Shown here: piece after piece, positions 29,964 to 43,988 of the stretch
How positions within the stretch are numbered: the stretch's first letter is position 1
Layout: every line of letters begins with the position of its first letter
Assembly: GCA_023515725.1 (NCBI GenBank)
Contig: JALDTO010000246.1
Location: forward strand, 343,680-407,679
DNA length: 64,000 nucleotides
Source: Amoeboaphelidium protococcarum X5
Lineage: Eukaryota; Fungi; Aphelidiomycota
Reading direction: 5' to 3'
The notes under the pieces: model-generated
Database searches by the model: none
Seen by the model: only the letters and a program-made list of their open reading frames with translations
What the model was told of the DNA's origin: nothing
Position numbers and translations under genes: made by a program

Positions 29964-31472
29964 ATGAATCAAAACACGCTTCAAGTTACTCTTTATATTC
30001 CAAAAGACCAGTAGTCTTAATTAATACTTTAAGAGATACAGTAATAAGTTGATAGTTTATAGTGTGATATATTATGGAATGATTAGGAACTTCGAGTTTA
30101 AACTGCTCTATAGCCTTAGGAGTCTTTATTGGAAGGATTTGACGCGTTCTGTATCAAATAAAATTATGGCGTGGCTGGATTATAAGATTGTTATTAGACA
30201 TTGGGTGTATTATATGAGTTGTCTGGACAGTTTCCTTGTTTGTACATATAGTTATCTGATAGTGGCTGCGATTTAGTATTGACAGAGTGCGTTGACGATG
30301 ACGGGCAGTTGAGAGACTTTACCGCACCCGAGGTGAAGTTTGATCAAAGTGCGACTGAATTTGCCTTACTTTACAATGAGGAAGTCTTCTTGGCCACAAT
30401 TGTAGATAATAAATGTGTAAAGGTTTCAAAACACATTGATCTTGGTAGGTAGGTTGAAAATTTGGTGTGCTAGTTTACACGTAGTAATACACTATTTCTC
30501 AAGGATGGATCTACCTTAAAATATTATCCTGCCGTGGACCAACTGTCAAAAGCTTATATTCCTCGAGATGTTGCACGGGTTATTTTAGAATACCCAAGAA
30601 TTGCAGTACAGATTGCCAATGCATTTTTACAGATATGCTCAATGGCTGGCGATGTTGGAAGTGTGCCTAGTAAGTTGGAAAGATTTGATCCTTCAGCTTC
30701 TGTATGCTCGCTTATTCGACTAAATAAGCCATCGTACGCGTAACTAATGTCTTTAAACTTACCTGTGCCTCTCCAGTATGCTTCACTGCAACCTTTTAAT
30801 GCAATGATTTTGGGTGATAATCGATTTAGTAAGAATGAGATTTTGGCTACGTAGCTAGGTGTCAGACTTACAATTGCTTTTGATTGGTTAATGTCATAGA
30901 ATGACGAAGAGTATCAATAGCTGCAATAGTCATTTTCTCAGCTTTTAAAGAGTTCTAAAGTGACCTTCTCTGATGCTGAATTTGACTAGTAATTGGAGAG
31001 GAGAGGATTTTGGGATGATGTAGACACCAGTGGATAAGCGATCTAGTCTGATACTGAATGGTTTGACCAGTTGTAAATTGAAGAAGGGAATGTTGAGACG
31101 CAGATCGAGGATGATGTTCAGGGGATTATCAACGATTTCAGTGAAACGGTCAAAGTGTTAAATGCAAATGGCTAGTTAGAACAAGTGTTGACGCGAATAT
31201 ATGCCAAGATTGATAAGATGTAAGCGGGAGAACTATCGGATGATGACTCAATTCTTGGTAGTGATAAGTTTTGGGACTCTGAAGACAATGACATTGAAGG
31301 TTTTTGCGCGTAATAGCAAACCAGTTCAAGCCATGATGTCAATGACAGCGAACAGTAAAATTCAGAGAAAGAGGAGGATGAATTTGAAAAGTTTGTACAA
31401 TCTGGCGGAGATGACGTACTTGATAGTATTGGCATCAAGGTGCACTAAATCTTGTCCTAAATGACATTGTGA
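29964..31472 (+). CDS. Ecdysoneless/SGT1 (ECD)-like protein, divergent
   Basis: YIPRDVARVILEYP, RLNKPSYAQL, QLGVRLTIAFD, SDTEWF and an acidic tail resemble the ECD/SGT1 family. Confidence 0.6.
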
Positions 31473-31639
31473 ATAGAATGAGTACAGTAAAGCCAGTTTG
31501 GAATATTCGCGACTGCTCTGAAACGGTCGGTTTTCGCCTTTTCGATATAACTCTTTGGCTCAGAAACAGAACGATTTCTTTTTGTTGTCGTTAAACTTCC
31601 AACGCGTTCAAGTCAACCACTCATCATCTACCTTATATA

Positions 31640-32176
31640 ATGTCACAAGTCAACAGTTAAACATGTTATTTTGATGCTCAAGATCGAGTACATTACTATG
31701 TAAAGAGATAGTATACTGTAAAGGCCTCACCTACTTTGGACTTTGGTAATAATGAGAATATACTTCTTCTTAAGTCTCGGTAACGGTGCCTGCCTCAGTC
31801 CTCTCCAGTGATGGCCAGTGGTGCTCCTCATGAAATGACAAAGAACATGTAGAACGGATATTAATACACTCCTCCTCCTACACCGTAAAAGCTTGCGAAT
31901 GAGAGATTGTCGAAATGTCAATCACGTCCGTGCCAGCCAGTTGTTGGTGTGAATGTGGCGAATGCACGAGACGATTTGTTGTTTCACCGAGCCGTTTCTA
32001 ATTGTGACGGAATTGGCGACGAACGATGTTTAGGTAATTTTGGCGACTCCTAATAATAAGCACGTAATCCACATGGTGAATCGCAGTCTTATGGAAACTC
32101 TTTAGAAGCTTTGAGTCTTGCTGCTGAATACATGTCTTAAAATTGTGCTCCATTGTCATCGACTGATTCGAACTGA
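31640..32176 (+). CDS. Hypothetical low-complexity protein, 178 aa
   Basis: ATG 31640 to TGA 32174; contains TPPPTP and LEALSLAAE; no domain recognised. Confidence 0.5.
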
Positions 32177-32451
32177 TTCTGTTAACGAACGCGATCTATG
32201 CTGACGTGGCTATATGCTCTTTGGTAGCAAATTTCATCAACTAATGAACTTCTCATGATTACTCAATACTAATACATGAAATTCATAAATAAAATTTTAT
32301 AATATAAATTGCCCGAATATTCCTATTCGATGGCTAATCGTAAAGCCTGGTACATTCATTGAGTTGGGCATCAACTGCATCTGTTTCGAAAGTACTCAGC
32401 CCGTCGCTCTCAATGGCCGTTCTTCTCGTTCACACCAAAGTATATTAAAAT

Positions 32452-33493
32452 ATGCCTAAAGACGTTGTACATCACTATAATTAAAGACCACAAGTGGGAA
32501 CGGAGTAAAGATAGCAGTCTCCCATTGTCCGGCTCAAAAACTTTAATAATTTCATAAAAGCGTCCCTGGTTGGAGATTATGTGAGCCCCGACTTCGTAGT
32601 ATTGGACCTGTGCTGTGGCAAAGGTGGCGATTTGTAAAAGTTTGCAGCTCAAGAAGTGAAGCGTGTCGTTGGCGTTGACGTGTCACCTGTGGCTGTAGAG
32701 CATGCCACTTAAAGATATAAAAATCCATTGGGGAAGAATTCATTCAATTTTTAAGCAGATTTTTACACTCTGCATTGTTTTGAGCGGAAATTGACAGAAG
32801 TTATTCCTGCAATGCCTCCAGTCGATGCTGTGTGCTGTTAATTTGCTCTCCACTACGCGTTCTACAGTGAGGAGTCTGTTAGAATGCTTTTGCACAATGC
32901 TTCAGCTTATTTAAAGTCTGGTGGATTCTTTTTCGGCACCATTCCCAACGCCAATTGGTTAGTGTAAGTTATCTACTAGCTGATTAACGTTCATCACAAT
33001 TGTAAATCATGTAGAAAGCGGCTTAAGTAAAGTGACAATTTCTCCTTTGGTAACAAGATCTATAACGTCCGCTTTGAAGAGAAGTATCATTTCAAAACGT
33101 TTGGTCATCGATATTGGTTCGTACTTGAAGACGCTATCGACGATTGCCCAGAGTATCTTGTGCACTTTCCCACCCTCACAAGGTATCTTTTATTTTAAAA
33201 TAGTTCAGCCTAATGGAAACTTTAAAATCCTTTGTAGGCTTGCTGATGAGTACGGATTAAATCTGTATTACAATGCTAGTTTCCACGACTACTATGAAGA
33301 GAAAATGAACGGTGATTTGAGCAGTCGCCAGCTATTCGATCGCATGAGAGTGGTCGACCAGGACGGTCGATTTCCAGTTCCCGATTGGGAAGTTGCAGGT
33401 AAGTGCGTAACGTTTAACAAGCAATTGGACGTAATGATTCCCTAATTTATTCATGTAGAATTGTATATGGTATTTGCATTTCGTAAACGGTGA
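32452..33493 (+). CDS. ABD1: mRNA cap guanine-N7 methyltransferase; introns 32964-33014, 33183-33237, 33399-33458
   Basis: [53 protein letters not shown] and [10 protein letters not shown]; start could be 32413. Confidence 0.93.
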
Positions 33494-33705
33494 TGTGAGC
33501 ATGTGGAAGAAACGAACGTTTGTAAACAGAGCGCTTTTTCATTCAGGGCGGTTGCTTGGGAGCTGTTTGGTCATCATCAAAGACATTCAATCAGAAACGG
33601 GTTCAGCTTTTGTTTCACTTTTCCTCCTTCTTGTTTTCTTTGTCTTGGAAACCGTTTCACCTGCACAATTCTCATCAATCACTTTACTATCATATCAAGC
33701 GGATA

Positions 33706-36700
33706 ATGAGGCCTACTAATTAAGAAGAGTTGCAGGCTTATGTTGACAATTTATCGGGGCTGCTACACCTGCTCACTGCCGAGACACAGACCGTGGTTCA
33801 TAGATTCAAGTTTCAGTCTTCCGTTATAAAGACTATTGTTTACAAGTCAGGTGCGTTGCCTAATGATGTTGATTCATTGCTGGCAGAGAATACTGCTATC
33901 AGTAATTAATTAAATTCTTGTGTATCACCGCTAGTTGATGAGCTGCGGAGGTTGATAATGTAAGATGGAGTTAGTGCTGATTAATTGGAAAGCTCGAGTG
34001 ACCATGCCGTGTTGAGTGATTCTACTTTGGCTCTGAAAGATCTCGGAGATTTGGCGAACAGTCAAGAGGAATTATACAGCTAATTGTTGGCAGAATTTGG
34101 AATCGGTATTTAGCCAGATGCTCGAGAGCTGATTGACGTTTAGAACTAGAGTTCCTCTATTGAAAAGTAGTTTCCGGCAGTCTTATTGAAGTTCTTGGCC
34201 TCTCTGAAAAGCAATGTCTCCACCCATCTCCGCAAAATGGCAGAGTATATTGACTCATTAGATCAAGTGTAGTAGTAAGATGTAAATGATATTCGCGAAT
34301 AAGATTTATCTAATCAAGGGCTAGCAGGGGATAGTACAGCTTAAGAAGTCGCTGACCAGGGACAACTTGTCCGTTCTGATAGTGCTTAGAGTAGTTTTAC
34401 TGACAATAGCCCGTCATAGTAGAAAAAGTAGCCACCGGCAATTGTATAGCCTAAGCCAAAGATTTTTGTGATATAAAATATGTTGAAAAATAGCGCCAGT
34501 GGTAAATCATTGCCGTTGAATCGTAAAATGTCTGTTCGCAAGAATCTGTAGCCTTAAATCTAAGCCAAGGCTAGTCTGTTTGAGCAATAAATCTAAAATC
34601 TGTCGAATGAGTAATTGAACCTTTAAAAATTGTCCTAGTCGAGGGATTCCATGTTGGCATCTGATCGCTCTGGACTCAGCAAAGCATTAGAGCCTGTTAT
34701 GAGATAAATGAACATTGATGCGGTTTAGTCGTCTGATACTGGGAGAGAATTCTCCTCCAAGCTGAATTCAGTCCAACAGTTGAGCTCTATGGCTCAGTAA
34801 ACCGATTCTGGCGTTGACAATAAGAAATAACTCGATGTTGTTCCTCATGGTACAGGTATCGATCAGGCTTTAGACACTGAGAGAGTGTAATCCATCAGAA
34901 GGAAATCCGTCGCTGCTGATTTTCTGATCACCAGTCTGTAATAGAGAAAAGCTGATCCGATTGTGTCATCATCTGCTGGGAATTTGCTTGAAGATGTAGC
35001 TGAAAAGGATAGCTCTGAAGTTGGTGATGACGCAGAAACTGCCAAAGAACCCACTTCAAGAAAGAGTCATGTTTCTCATTTGAGTGTTGATGCTAAGTTG
35101 GATAAAAAAGCTCATACAGGAACTATCGAGAGTCTCAACATCAGTCTTAGTAATGTCGAAGCAGTGATTACCTCGCAGCAGTTCTTGGGAGAAAGCGTAT
35201 TCAATTCTAATATCTAATTGCCGGAGATTGAGTCGGATGGAGCGAATTATATGGCTAATCCTGCTGATAATAAAGATACTGCTTCCGCATCAATCCTTAT
35301 TGATAACCGTTAGACTTTAAGTGCGAATGTGAAGCCTACTCAATTTAAGAAGATGTCTAAGTAGTAAATTGAGGATGCTCCGATGATTGATGCTCTAGCG
35401 GAGAAAGTCACTTCAAGGCTTTTTATTGGGAATTAAGCCAATTCACTGGCTGCCTAGATTTAAAGTTCTACTTAATAGCCGAGTTCAATGGGTTTACCTT
35501 AAAATGTTTATAATCAGCAGCAGAATCCGTATAAACCAACTGCCGATATCGCTGAGTAGACTTAGATTTAGATTGGATACTTAGTTCAGCCTGCAGAAAA
35601 GTAGTCGCCATATTAATCCTAGTTATCATATCAGATCAATCCTAATCAAACAATCATTGATGAGGCCTAGCTAGTATCGCCGTTGAAACATTCTCCTAGC
35701 TTGTCAGAGAGTCTGAAATTGTAGTATCAATTCAATTTAGATGCTGATAAGTATATGAATAGACAGACAACTTATGATGAGGCTAGTTATCTACCTGCTC
35801 TTCCAGTTGAAAGTCCTCCAGTTCCAAATTAGGCGTTGTAGTAGATTTAACGCGCAGATTCATCAAGTAGACTAGGCCCTCAATAGCAGAAGAGCTAAGG
35901 CAATAGTAAAGATCAGCTTAATAATAAGTCTGGCTGGAAGTAGGAAAAAGTCAAGTATTTAGCAGACTTTAAATTTCCATCGGTTGAAGATGATAAGAGA
36001 TTTTTATCTCAGTTTCCACTGAATAGCAATGTCCCGGAAGTGTATTTGTAGGCGATAAATGGATACCATATGCTGCCTAATGCTACTCCTTAGAAGCCAT
36101 ACCTTCGCCTTGAAGTGGGTGTTCCAGTGCGCATAGGCAGGAGCAATACGAATAGACATCCAAATTTTGTGATTGTTGGCATGACTCAAGTGATAAGTAG
36201 GAATCATTTTGAGATTAGCGAGTATAATGGAGATTTCTTCGTGGCTGATGTTGGTAGTAATAGTGGAACGTGGCTGAATGGCGAGAGGTTGAGTGAGGCT
36301 GGTTAGTTATCTGCAAAGTATTAGATTAAAACTGGTGACATTATCAGAGTCGGCGCAGATTTCAAATAAGGAGCCAAAAGTGACGAAGTGAGAGATATTA
36401 GGCATAAGTGTATCGTTGTCAGAGTTGTTGTTAGGCCGAAAGCGCCGTATGATCCCGCTTCATAGCAATAATAAGGGGCAGGAGGTTCAATTGCTGTGTC
36501 TAGATAAACTGAAAGTCTATTGGCTTCTACAGCGCAATCTCTCACCTCCACCGATGAATAGATCATTGTGAAAACTAATGGAACAAAGTTTTAGACGTTC
36601 AGTGGAAAGCAGTTTGAGAATGTGATGCCCTTTGATCAAGTGCGTCCAGGGTCTATGATGACGTCTTCCAATGCAGCTTAGAAAGTTGAAGAATAAGTGT

Positions 36701-37905
36701 CTAAGGCACATACCAAGTTTTATCTGGCTTTTACCGCTAGTACTCTACCTTACAAGGTCAAGCGATTGGCTGTTCATAATCCTGCCAATTCATCAGAGGT
36801 TAGTGAGCGTATGGGTAATGGTTTTGGCAGTTCTGATCCTAATCAGTTAAAAGGATTAGAATTCATTGGCCCTGAGATTATGTCTGTAAATTTGTAAAAG
36901 TGGGGGTCCTCTAAAGAATTGAGATAGAAGCTTGTCATTCACGATCTGCGGATACCGACTAGTAGCTATCAAGATAGTCAGGTGACGAGGTACGGTACTG
37001 CTTTGGAGATTGTGAAAGAGAGCAGCTCTGATCAGTTGCATTTAATCCTTGTGACAGGAGAACCTTACTCCGCAGAGGAACTTGCCCTCATGACTGGGAG
37101 AAACAGTCAGTTTTTTGGAGGCAATAAAGTAATCAGAGCCTTCAAGCTCGGTACGATTAATCCTAATTTCTCAATGAAGTACAAGATTGAATTTTGCTTC
37201 GAACCACTGCCTGGCTATATCACAGACACTGTGCTCATGGATACTGGACCGACGACTTGTCAAGGTAGCAGGCCCCAACAAGGCAAAAGTTAGTTTGAAG
37301 GCACTGCGTAGTAAGGAAATAGTGGTAATAATAATATCCCCTTGCTACGAAGTAAAAGTACCAAACGGGATCCGTCGTCTTCGTTCTAGTCTGAAGGTGC
37401 TCGCAATCCTTATGATAATGTATTTGAAAGAGTGGATCCACAAAAGTTTCCGTCTCTTGTGATTGTCGGCGAGGTTGGCGGATCGAGCTCGGCTCCAGTT
37501 TAAAAATAGTCTGCGTAGAGTGGAGCAGCATAAGATGCAAAGCAGATGGCGAACGCCGAGTAGCCAGAGTAAGTTGATCAGCAAGTATCCGCATCTGATA
37601 AGAGCAAGACTCTTGTCGTCTTGAAGCGTGCTCTTCCAAGCCGTATATAGAAGCTGGTGGGAGAGGTGAAAGGCAAGCAGATTGTGAAGAAGAGTGTGAG
37701 AGAGACACGATGGATTGTGGGCATGGACTTGCTTGAGGACACACTGTGGAGTGAGTTTGATTTAATTGGGTAGCAGAGTGCAGGCTTAGAATTTCTCCAG
37801 TCTGAGAAGGCCGATTCCTTGACTGGAGTTAAATGGGTCTACCGAAAAGAGTGGTGGAGTTTGGTGTTGATTGGATCCATGATATACGCTCACATCAGGG
37901 ACTGA
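33706..37905 (+). CDS. Large FHA-domain protein, about 1399 aa
   Basis: One frame from ATG 33706 to TGA 37903; FHA IGR...ISRNH...DVGSNSGTWLNG at about 36100-36430; long disordered middle and a beta-rich C-terminal region. Confidence 0.85.
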
Positions 37906-38260
37906 ATTAGAATGTATGATGATTTGATGATGAATTTTTTATAAAGATTGATGATAATGTTTAGTTTCGATACTTGTTGATTTAAGATGCCAATGCCGCA
38001 TATATTACTATAGCATACAGAATAAAACATTTCTCAATTTAGCCAGTGAGAGATTCTAAACAATAGCAAGAAGCAATATCTCAATTTACTCAGTGAATGC
38101 CGTTCTAAGTAGCATACTCTCATACGCGTTTACAGTTTCTCTCGCTGTCTCCCCTTCGTGTGCGCTGTTTTCTTAACGACAACTGGAAAGTCTGGTACAA
38201 TCAGCTTCACTTGAGTAACAACGTATATAAGAATACTTGAGCTAAATTAACGCGTTAAAA

Positions 38261-40450
38261 ATGGTATGATCTATTTGAAAAAGTGTATAATAAGATGTGT
38301 AATGTCAATGAGTGTAGCATAGCGTCAAAAGAGGCAGCAGAGTGAAAAAGTTGGAATAGAGTGAAGATATCAAGACTTATAGAGCAGCATTAGATCGCCT
38401 GCAAGAGATTAAGTAGGAGACGCTTCTAGGTACTAGCATTGATGATGGACAAGTAATTTTATCATGGATTAAAGACTGTTAACAAGTTCTCTTAATGAAC
38501 CCAGAGCATTACCCAGCGTGGAATGTATTGCGAAAGTTGTTGCTTATCCGCATTCCGACTTTGGATAATAGTACTGCCGATGCTGATGAATCTTAGTCAT
38601 AGAAAGTAATGATTCGCGAAATGTTAAAGTTCAATTTAAAGTGTATGAAGATGAATCCAAAGTCTTACTGGTCATGGAACTTTAGATAATGGCTCTTCAA
38701 TCAGTTCTAATGTGTCGTCGTTGATGATCAGATTATAAAGGAGGAAGTTGTGTTAATCAATAGGCTCCTCGACGCTGATGATCGCAACTTTCATGGCTGG
38801 GATTACAGGCGTTGGTTCATGGGCACTTTTATGAATAACAGTGGAGATATTGATGACTCGGTACCAGTATAAACTGATTCTTTAAAAGTTGTAAACTCTG
38901 TAATTGATACGTATAGCGCGTAGTTACGTGATGCAGAGATGGAGTATTGCCTGACAAAGATAAAGGCAAACTTTAGTAATTACTCCGCGTGGCATTATCG
39001 ATCCAAAATGCAGTCTAGTCCATTGGTAGATTTAGAACTGGTATAGAATGCTCTATTCACTTCACCAGATGATCAGGCCGCTTGGTTCTACCATGACTGG
39101 ATTATAGGGAGTTTGTTGCGTCCGATATGGTGGTAGATTACGGATCTTGGATGTGGTCTGATTAAAGTTACTCTTCATTTTAACCATCGTGTTCTCTGTA
39201 ATCAATAGCTGGTTGAATAGTAGCCTTTTATTTGGTATCCTCAAGATAGGAATCAAGACTCCATGTCAGGGATTTGGTACTCCGTTATCAATATTAATTA
39301 AACTGCTGAAAAGATTGAATTGCCTGCTGGTTTATTCATTCTAAATCAGTTCCAATAGTCTTCAATGAAGATTGTTATAGATTTAGTGAATAGAAAAGTG
39401 ATTGATGAAAGTCAATAATTAATTAAAGGGGAGATTTAGTTGCTGAATGAACTGCTGGAACTGGAGCCTGATTGTGCAAATGTTCACTTTAGACTGGCGT
39501 AATTATATGAGATGTTGGGTGATTTCTTGTCAGCCATATAACGCGTCTAATCTTTATTAAAGACTGACAAGTTGAGACTCGGCCTTTTTAAAGACTGGCT
39601 GAATAGCCTGTAGGTTCACGAGTAACTTAGTCTTGACATGTAGAGATCGTCTACAAAGGTCGACTTGGTAAACAGTAGTTTAACCAAGGTTGATTTACAG
39701 CTTATCCCTGCCCAAGTCGAAGAACTTGTATTGGATTATAATTAAATCACGTAATTGAATAACGTTGAGCATTTAAGCAATCTGAAGGTGCTGTCTATAA
39801 GAAGTAATGGCATTAAAGCTCTAGAGAGTTTGAACGGTCTATGCTTGCTTGCTAATTCATTGCGAGAACTGAATGTTGAAGGGAATCCATTTGCGATAGA
39901 CAATTCAGAGTATCGTCCATTGTTGAAGACCATGTTGCCATTTCTTACCAAGATTGATGGTCAAGATTGCGAGGTTAATAATAGAGCAGCCGGGGAATTC
40001 CAGCTTGCTTTGTTGAGTTGCCATTTGGCCAAGTTGTGTGTACCAGTCCATAGTGCTTTCAGTGTTGGTGCAGTTATAGCATTTGCAGATACACTTGAAA
40101 TTCTATCGACTGGCTATAGTAGAGAACTTCCAGGCAATACTCATGCAGAGCAGGTTGCTATTTAGAAGCTCTTAGATAGTGAAGAGGATATGAATCAAGA
40201 CTTGATACTATTCACTTCTATGTAGCCATGTACCTACAGATTATCTGGCGCTTTGCCGTGTGTGGACCGAATCTTGAGGAGTGAAAGGCTTAGATTTAGA
40301 AAAGTCGTGTGTTGTGTCAAAGAACCGCTCAACTTTGTGGATAATCAAGACGGAGTGCAAAGATTGGTGTAGGCAGGTATTAAAGTTGAAATTCTACCTC
40401 AACTGGACATTGAAGCCATGATATCTAATCAACACTTGCAAAAGAAATGA
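38261..40450 (+). CDS. BET4: Rab geranylgeranyltransferase alpha subunit (PPTA repeats, Ig-like insert, LRR) fused to a Rib2-type deaminase domain; intron 38264-38317
   Basis: M|HSVKR start, [49 protein letters not shown] and LRRs, then [24 protein letters not shown] and [12 protein letters not shown] with no intervening TGA. Confidence 0.9.
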
Positions 40451-40492
40451 TCAAATTTGATTATACAAACTGCATATTGCTCCACATGGTAT

Positions 40493-42416
40493 TCATGATT
40501 TCTATTCAATTCCCAAGACGCAAGTGTCGTGTATACCACGTAGAGCCTTGACTCCATCTTTGCCGTCAATAACACAACTAATATTCACCTCGCTTGCACC
40601 TTGACTGATAATCTCAATATTTACACCCAATCTGGCTAGAGTCGTGAACATTGCACCGGCAGTACCTCTGGCATTCTTCATCTTGTGACCGATAAGGGAC
40701 AGGATACATTGATCAAATACCAACGTCGGTGTTCCATGACGAGACAAGTCTGCCAGCAGATCAGCCAACTTAATCGATATATTAAAGAACTAATGCTTGC
40801 CACCATTAGTCGCTGCAGAATTCATAACAAGCGGTGTGGATGGATCAACAGCGGATGCTTCACTACGCAATGGCATCGGGCTGCTTGATGGTGAACTCTT
40901 GAATCCATTACTTACATTCGATAAGGCCATACTCACGTTCACTTCACTAGTACTGATCAAATCCACAACGATGCCATGATTATCCAAAATATTAAACACT
41001 TGCGCAAGGAAACCGTGACTATGAGTCTTCTTATTAGACTTGATGTTTAGCACTGTGATATTGGATTTCAGTGTCGTTGCAGTAGCCAGAGTCTTTTCAC
41101 TAAGCGGAGATTAACAGCTCTTGGCCATAATCATTAAATGATCATGGTTGACTCTAGGTGGATCGCGACTATCTCCATTTGCATCAGTATTAGACAATTA
41201 TGAACCTCTGCGACTATTTTCGGAGCTGACTGTATTAGGTATTATCAAAGTGCCAACATCATCAACTCCACAACCGAGAACACGAATAGGAATGGACATT
41301 CTGATAACCTATTCCATGGTGAATGGATGGATAACTTCACTTCCATAGTAAGTCAGCTCAGCCACTTCTTCCGGTCTTAACGTCTGCAGAATTCTAGCAG
41401 ATGGCACAGATATTGGATCTGCGGTAAAGACTCCCTGCACCTCCTTTCTAATCTATAACTCGCATACATTCATCGCACCTGATTTATCACCAAACTACTT
41501 TAGAGAACGTGATTGATCAGGTGCTTCTACTTAATCCGTGGTACTATTAAAGTACATGGACTTTAGGCCAGCAGAGCACATTGCAGCCGTAAAGTCACTA
41601 TACCCACGACCAACAGTCTCAATGATACCATGAGGAATCAGTCCAACAAATCCTGTGACTATTGGTACAACTAAGCGCTATATCTCTTGTTTATCACACC
41701 CACTACTGTATACAGTCTTCAATACCTTTTAAGAAACTTTGGATCTCAGATCATCATAGAAGCTCTAATCAAGATTACTTTACGCATTCTGCAACGACAA
41801 GACATCATCTAGATTGCAAAACACAGCCTCTTTGTTCTATTCTGACTTCTAGTTAGTCTCCTTCAATTACTCTTACTACTTTTAAAGTAGAAATGTCAAA
41901 TACTGGGCAAATATAATACAAATCAGTCGCTCCCCGGAAGCGATAACCAGATCCCTGATGCGAAGTGACATTTCTCCAATAGTAGCGGATGCACTTAGAT
42001 ACATGTTGACTCGCTAGAACTCTTGATCAATCTGCTACAAGAGCCGTGACTCTGAATCCTGTGGCAGTTACAAAGCTCTGATAATCACAATATGATCTTC
42101 ACGCAGCGACGAGATGATCGCCTGAAATTCCTAACCTTCTACAGCCTCGCCAGACTGGGCAGACTTTCGGATGATATCACACGCTCGCAGTAACCGACTT
42201 GTAGTTCCCTCCTTCTTGCTGGACAGAGATGCTGCAGATAGAACCACCACCGGATGTCGATCCAGACCAATCTGATACATGACAATGTCTGCAGCATTCT
42301 TTAGCTTCTTCGCTGTGCCCACTACATTCTTACAAAGATAGATAAACTTTAATAAAAATGATTATAGAATACTTACATGAAGTTCCGCCAAATTTAATCA
42401 CGACCCACTATCTCAT
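40493..42416 (-). CDS. HOM3: Aspartate kinase with ACT domains, intron 42322-42376
   Basis: VIKFGGTS, GRGYSDFTAA, KEVQGVFTADP, ELTYYGSEVIHPFTM, VDLISTSEV and ISQGASEVNISCV. Confidence 0.95.
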
Positions 42417-42706
42417 AATGTACCATGAAATAGCTGCGTACAGTATGACTTTATATAAGAGCGTCAAAGGGATTGTTGGCGGAAATCGAAAAGTTAAAAT
42501 TTGTTGATCGATGGCGCGGCGACGTTGTTGATGCGTCGGCGCGTTAATTCATGAGCTGTAGTAAACTGGATCGAAACTTCAACAATAGCTGGATCTTTCG
42601 GAAAGTATCATATATCCTTCTTAGAATAGCTTTAAGCTAAACATCTCATGAAAGAAAAGTGAAATTTTAGCCGGTTGAAAAGGTTCTTTGAGCAGCGTAA
42701 GCCTAT

Positions 42707-43975
42707 TCACAGTTCATTCTAGATGGAGCGGAATACGTAATTGAAACATGCATCCTTGTTGTACTCCTACTGCATAGTTCTAGGACCGCCATGTTGAACT
42801 TGCCAAAGGAGCATTTATTGGTGGCACTTGCCTAGCCATTTACCAGACTTTACAGGTCCTTGACCGCTTTTCTATCTCTCATCATTGACCATTTTCAACA
42901 ATTCACCTCCATCAATCATCGGCTTCATTAAATGACACTCTTAGAGTTTCAACTATTTGATAACTTCAACCAGGTTAGAGTAGTCCTTCGACAACAACAG
43001 TAACTATTCGGATGACGGTAACGCGGGATACGCAATCGTAGACTCTGCATACTGCGCTGCCTCAGCCAATTACTCAACCTTGACTTCCACATCGTTCAAA
43101 ATCCGCATAGCCATGGCAAACCATAAAAGCAGAGGATACGCTTCATTCACAGGTTTAGCTGCAATTTAGACAATGAGTTTATACAAATCAAGTCGTAATG
43201 CTTTATATTCTGTCAGAGGCATCTCCTACAGCTGTTCATTGTTAATGCAAAATTGCTTTGCCATCTGATCAGTGAACGTTTGACGAGCGGAAGTTAATCG
43301 TTTGGCCACTTGAGATTCAACATTAGAGTACTTGAACGCGTTCTAGATTATACTTGCAACAGTTACGTTCATTGAAGGATACTTGTGCTATAACGGAAGA
43401 GATGCAGCGGCTAGATTCAACAAGAAAATGTCGTGTTTACTCCCAAAATCCTTGTCAACTGTAGAACGAGACATTTCAACAACTTTCAGAGCTTTAAGAG
43501 CTTCATATTGATCAACGCAATCTATATCTACCTACTAGCCGTCCGAAAAAATTAAATTGTACAAATAAAAAGACACCATATACTCTAATGCCAGAAGAGG
43601 ATTAGGACCGGAGAGCATCTTCTTCATCTCTTCTCCAACACGCTCTCGGCTTATAATGGTGACAAAACTATTGACAATATCTCGCTCTTATGCAGCCAGC
43701 TTTATCTCTTTGACAATTCTAAAATTGTACCTGGCGGCAAATCTAATGGCGCGCAATATTCGCAAAGGATCATCTTTGAAAGTGACAAATGGGGACAGCG
43801 GAGTTCTAATGATACCATTCTCCAAATCATCAATACCAGTTCCGAGAAAGTCCTCCACCTCCTCCGTAGCAATGTTATAAAAAAAAGAAATTATAGTCAA
43901 GTAGCGACGTTCTGCATCCTCTAGCGGATTCCCAAATTCTATATGAGGCACGCGAGAGTGTGAGGCATAAGTCCT
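42707..43975 (-). pseudogene. 5'-truncated duplicate of the CCA-adding enzyme gene
   Basis: Nearly identical to 50639-51905 but lacks the catalytic N-terminus (GGWVRD/DID). RRDLTINSLF is changed to RRYLTIISFF. The upstream frame runs into the repeat array and meets TGA near 44165 without an ATG. Confidence 0.8.
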
Positions 43976-43988
43976 CTTACGTTTCAGT

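Noticed and set aside
37960-38230. Possible RNase P/MRP RNA (GGAAAGTCTGG and TACAATCAGCTTCACT words; similar GGGAAAGTCTC near 29670)
   Set aside because: The motifs lack the required spacing and P4 pairing; not supportable without an Infernal search.
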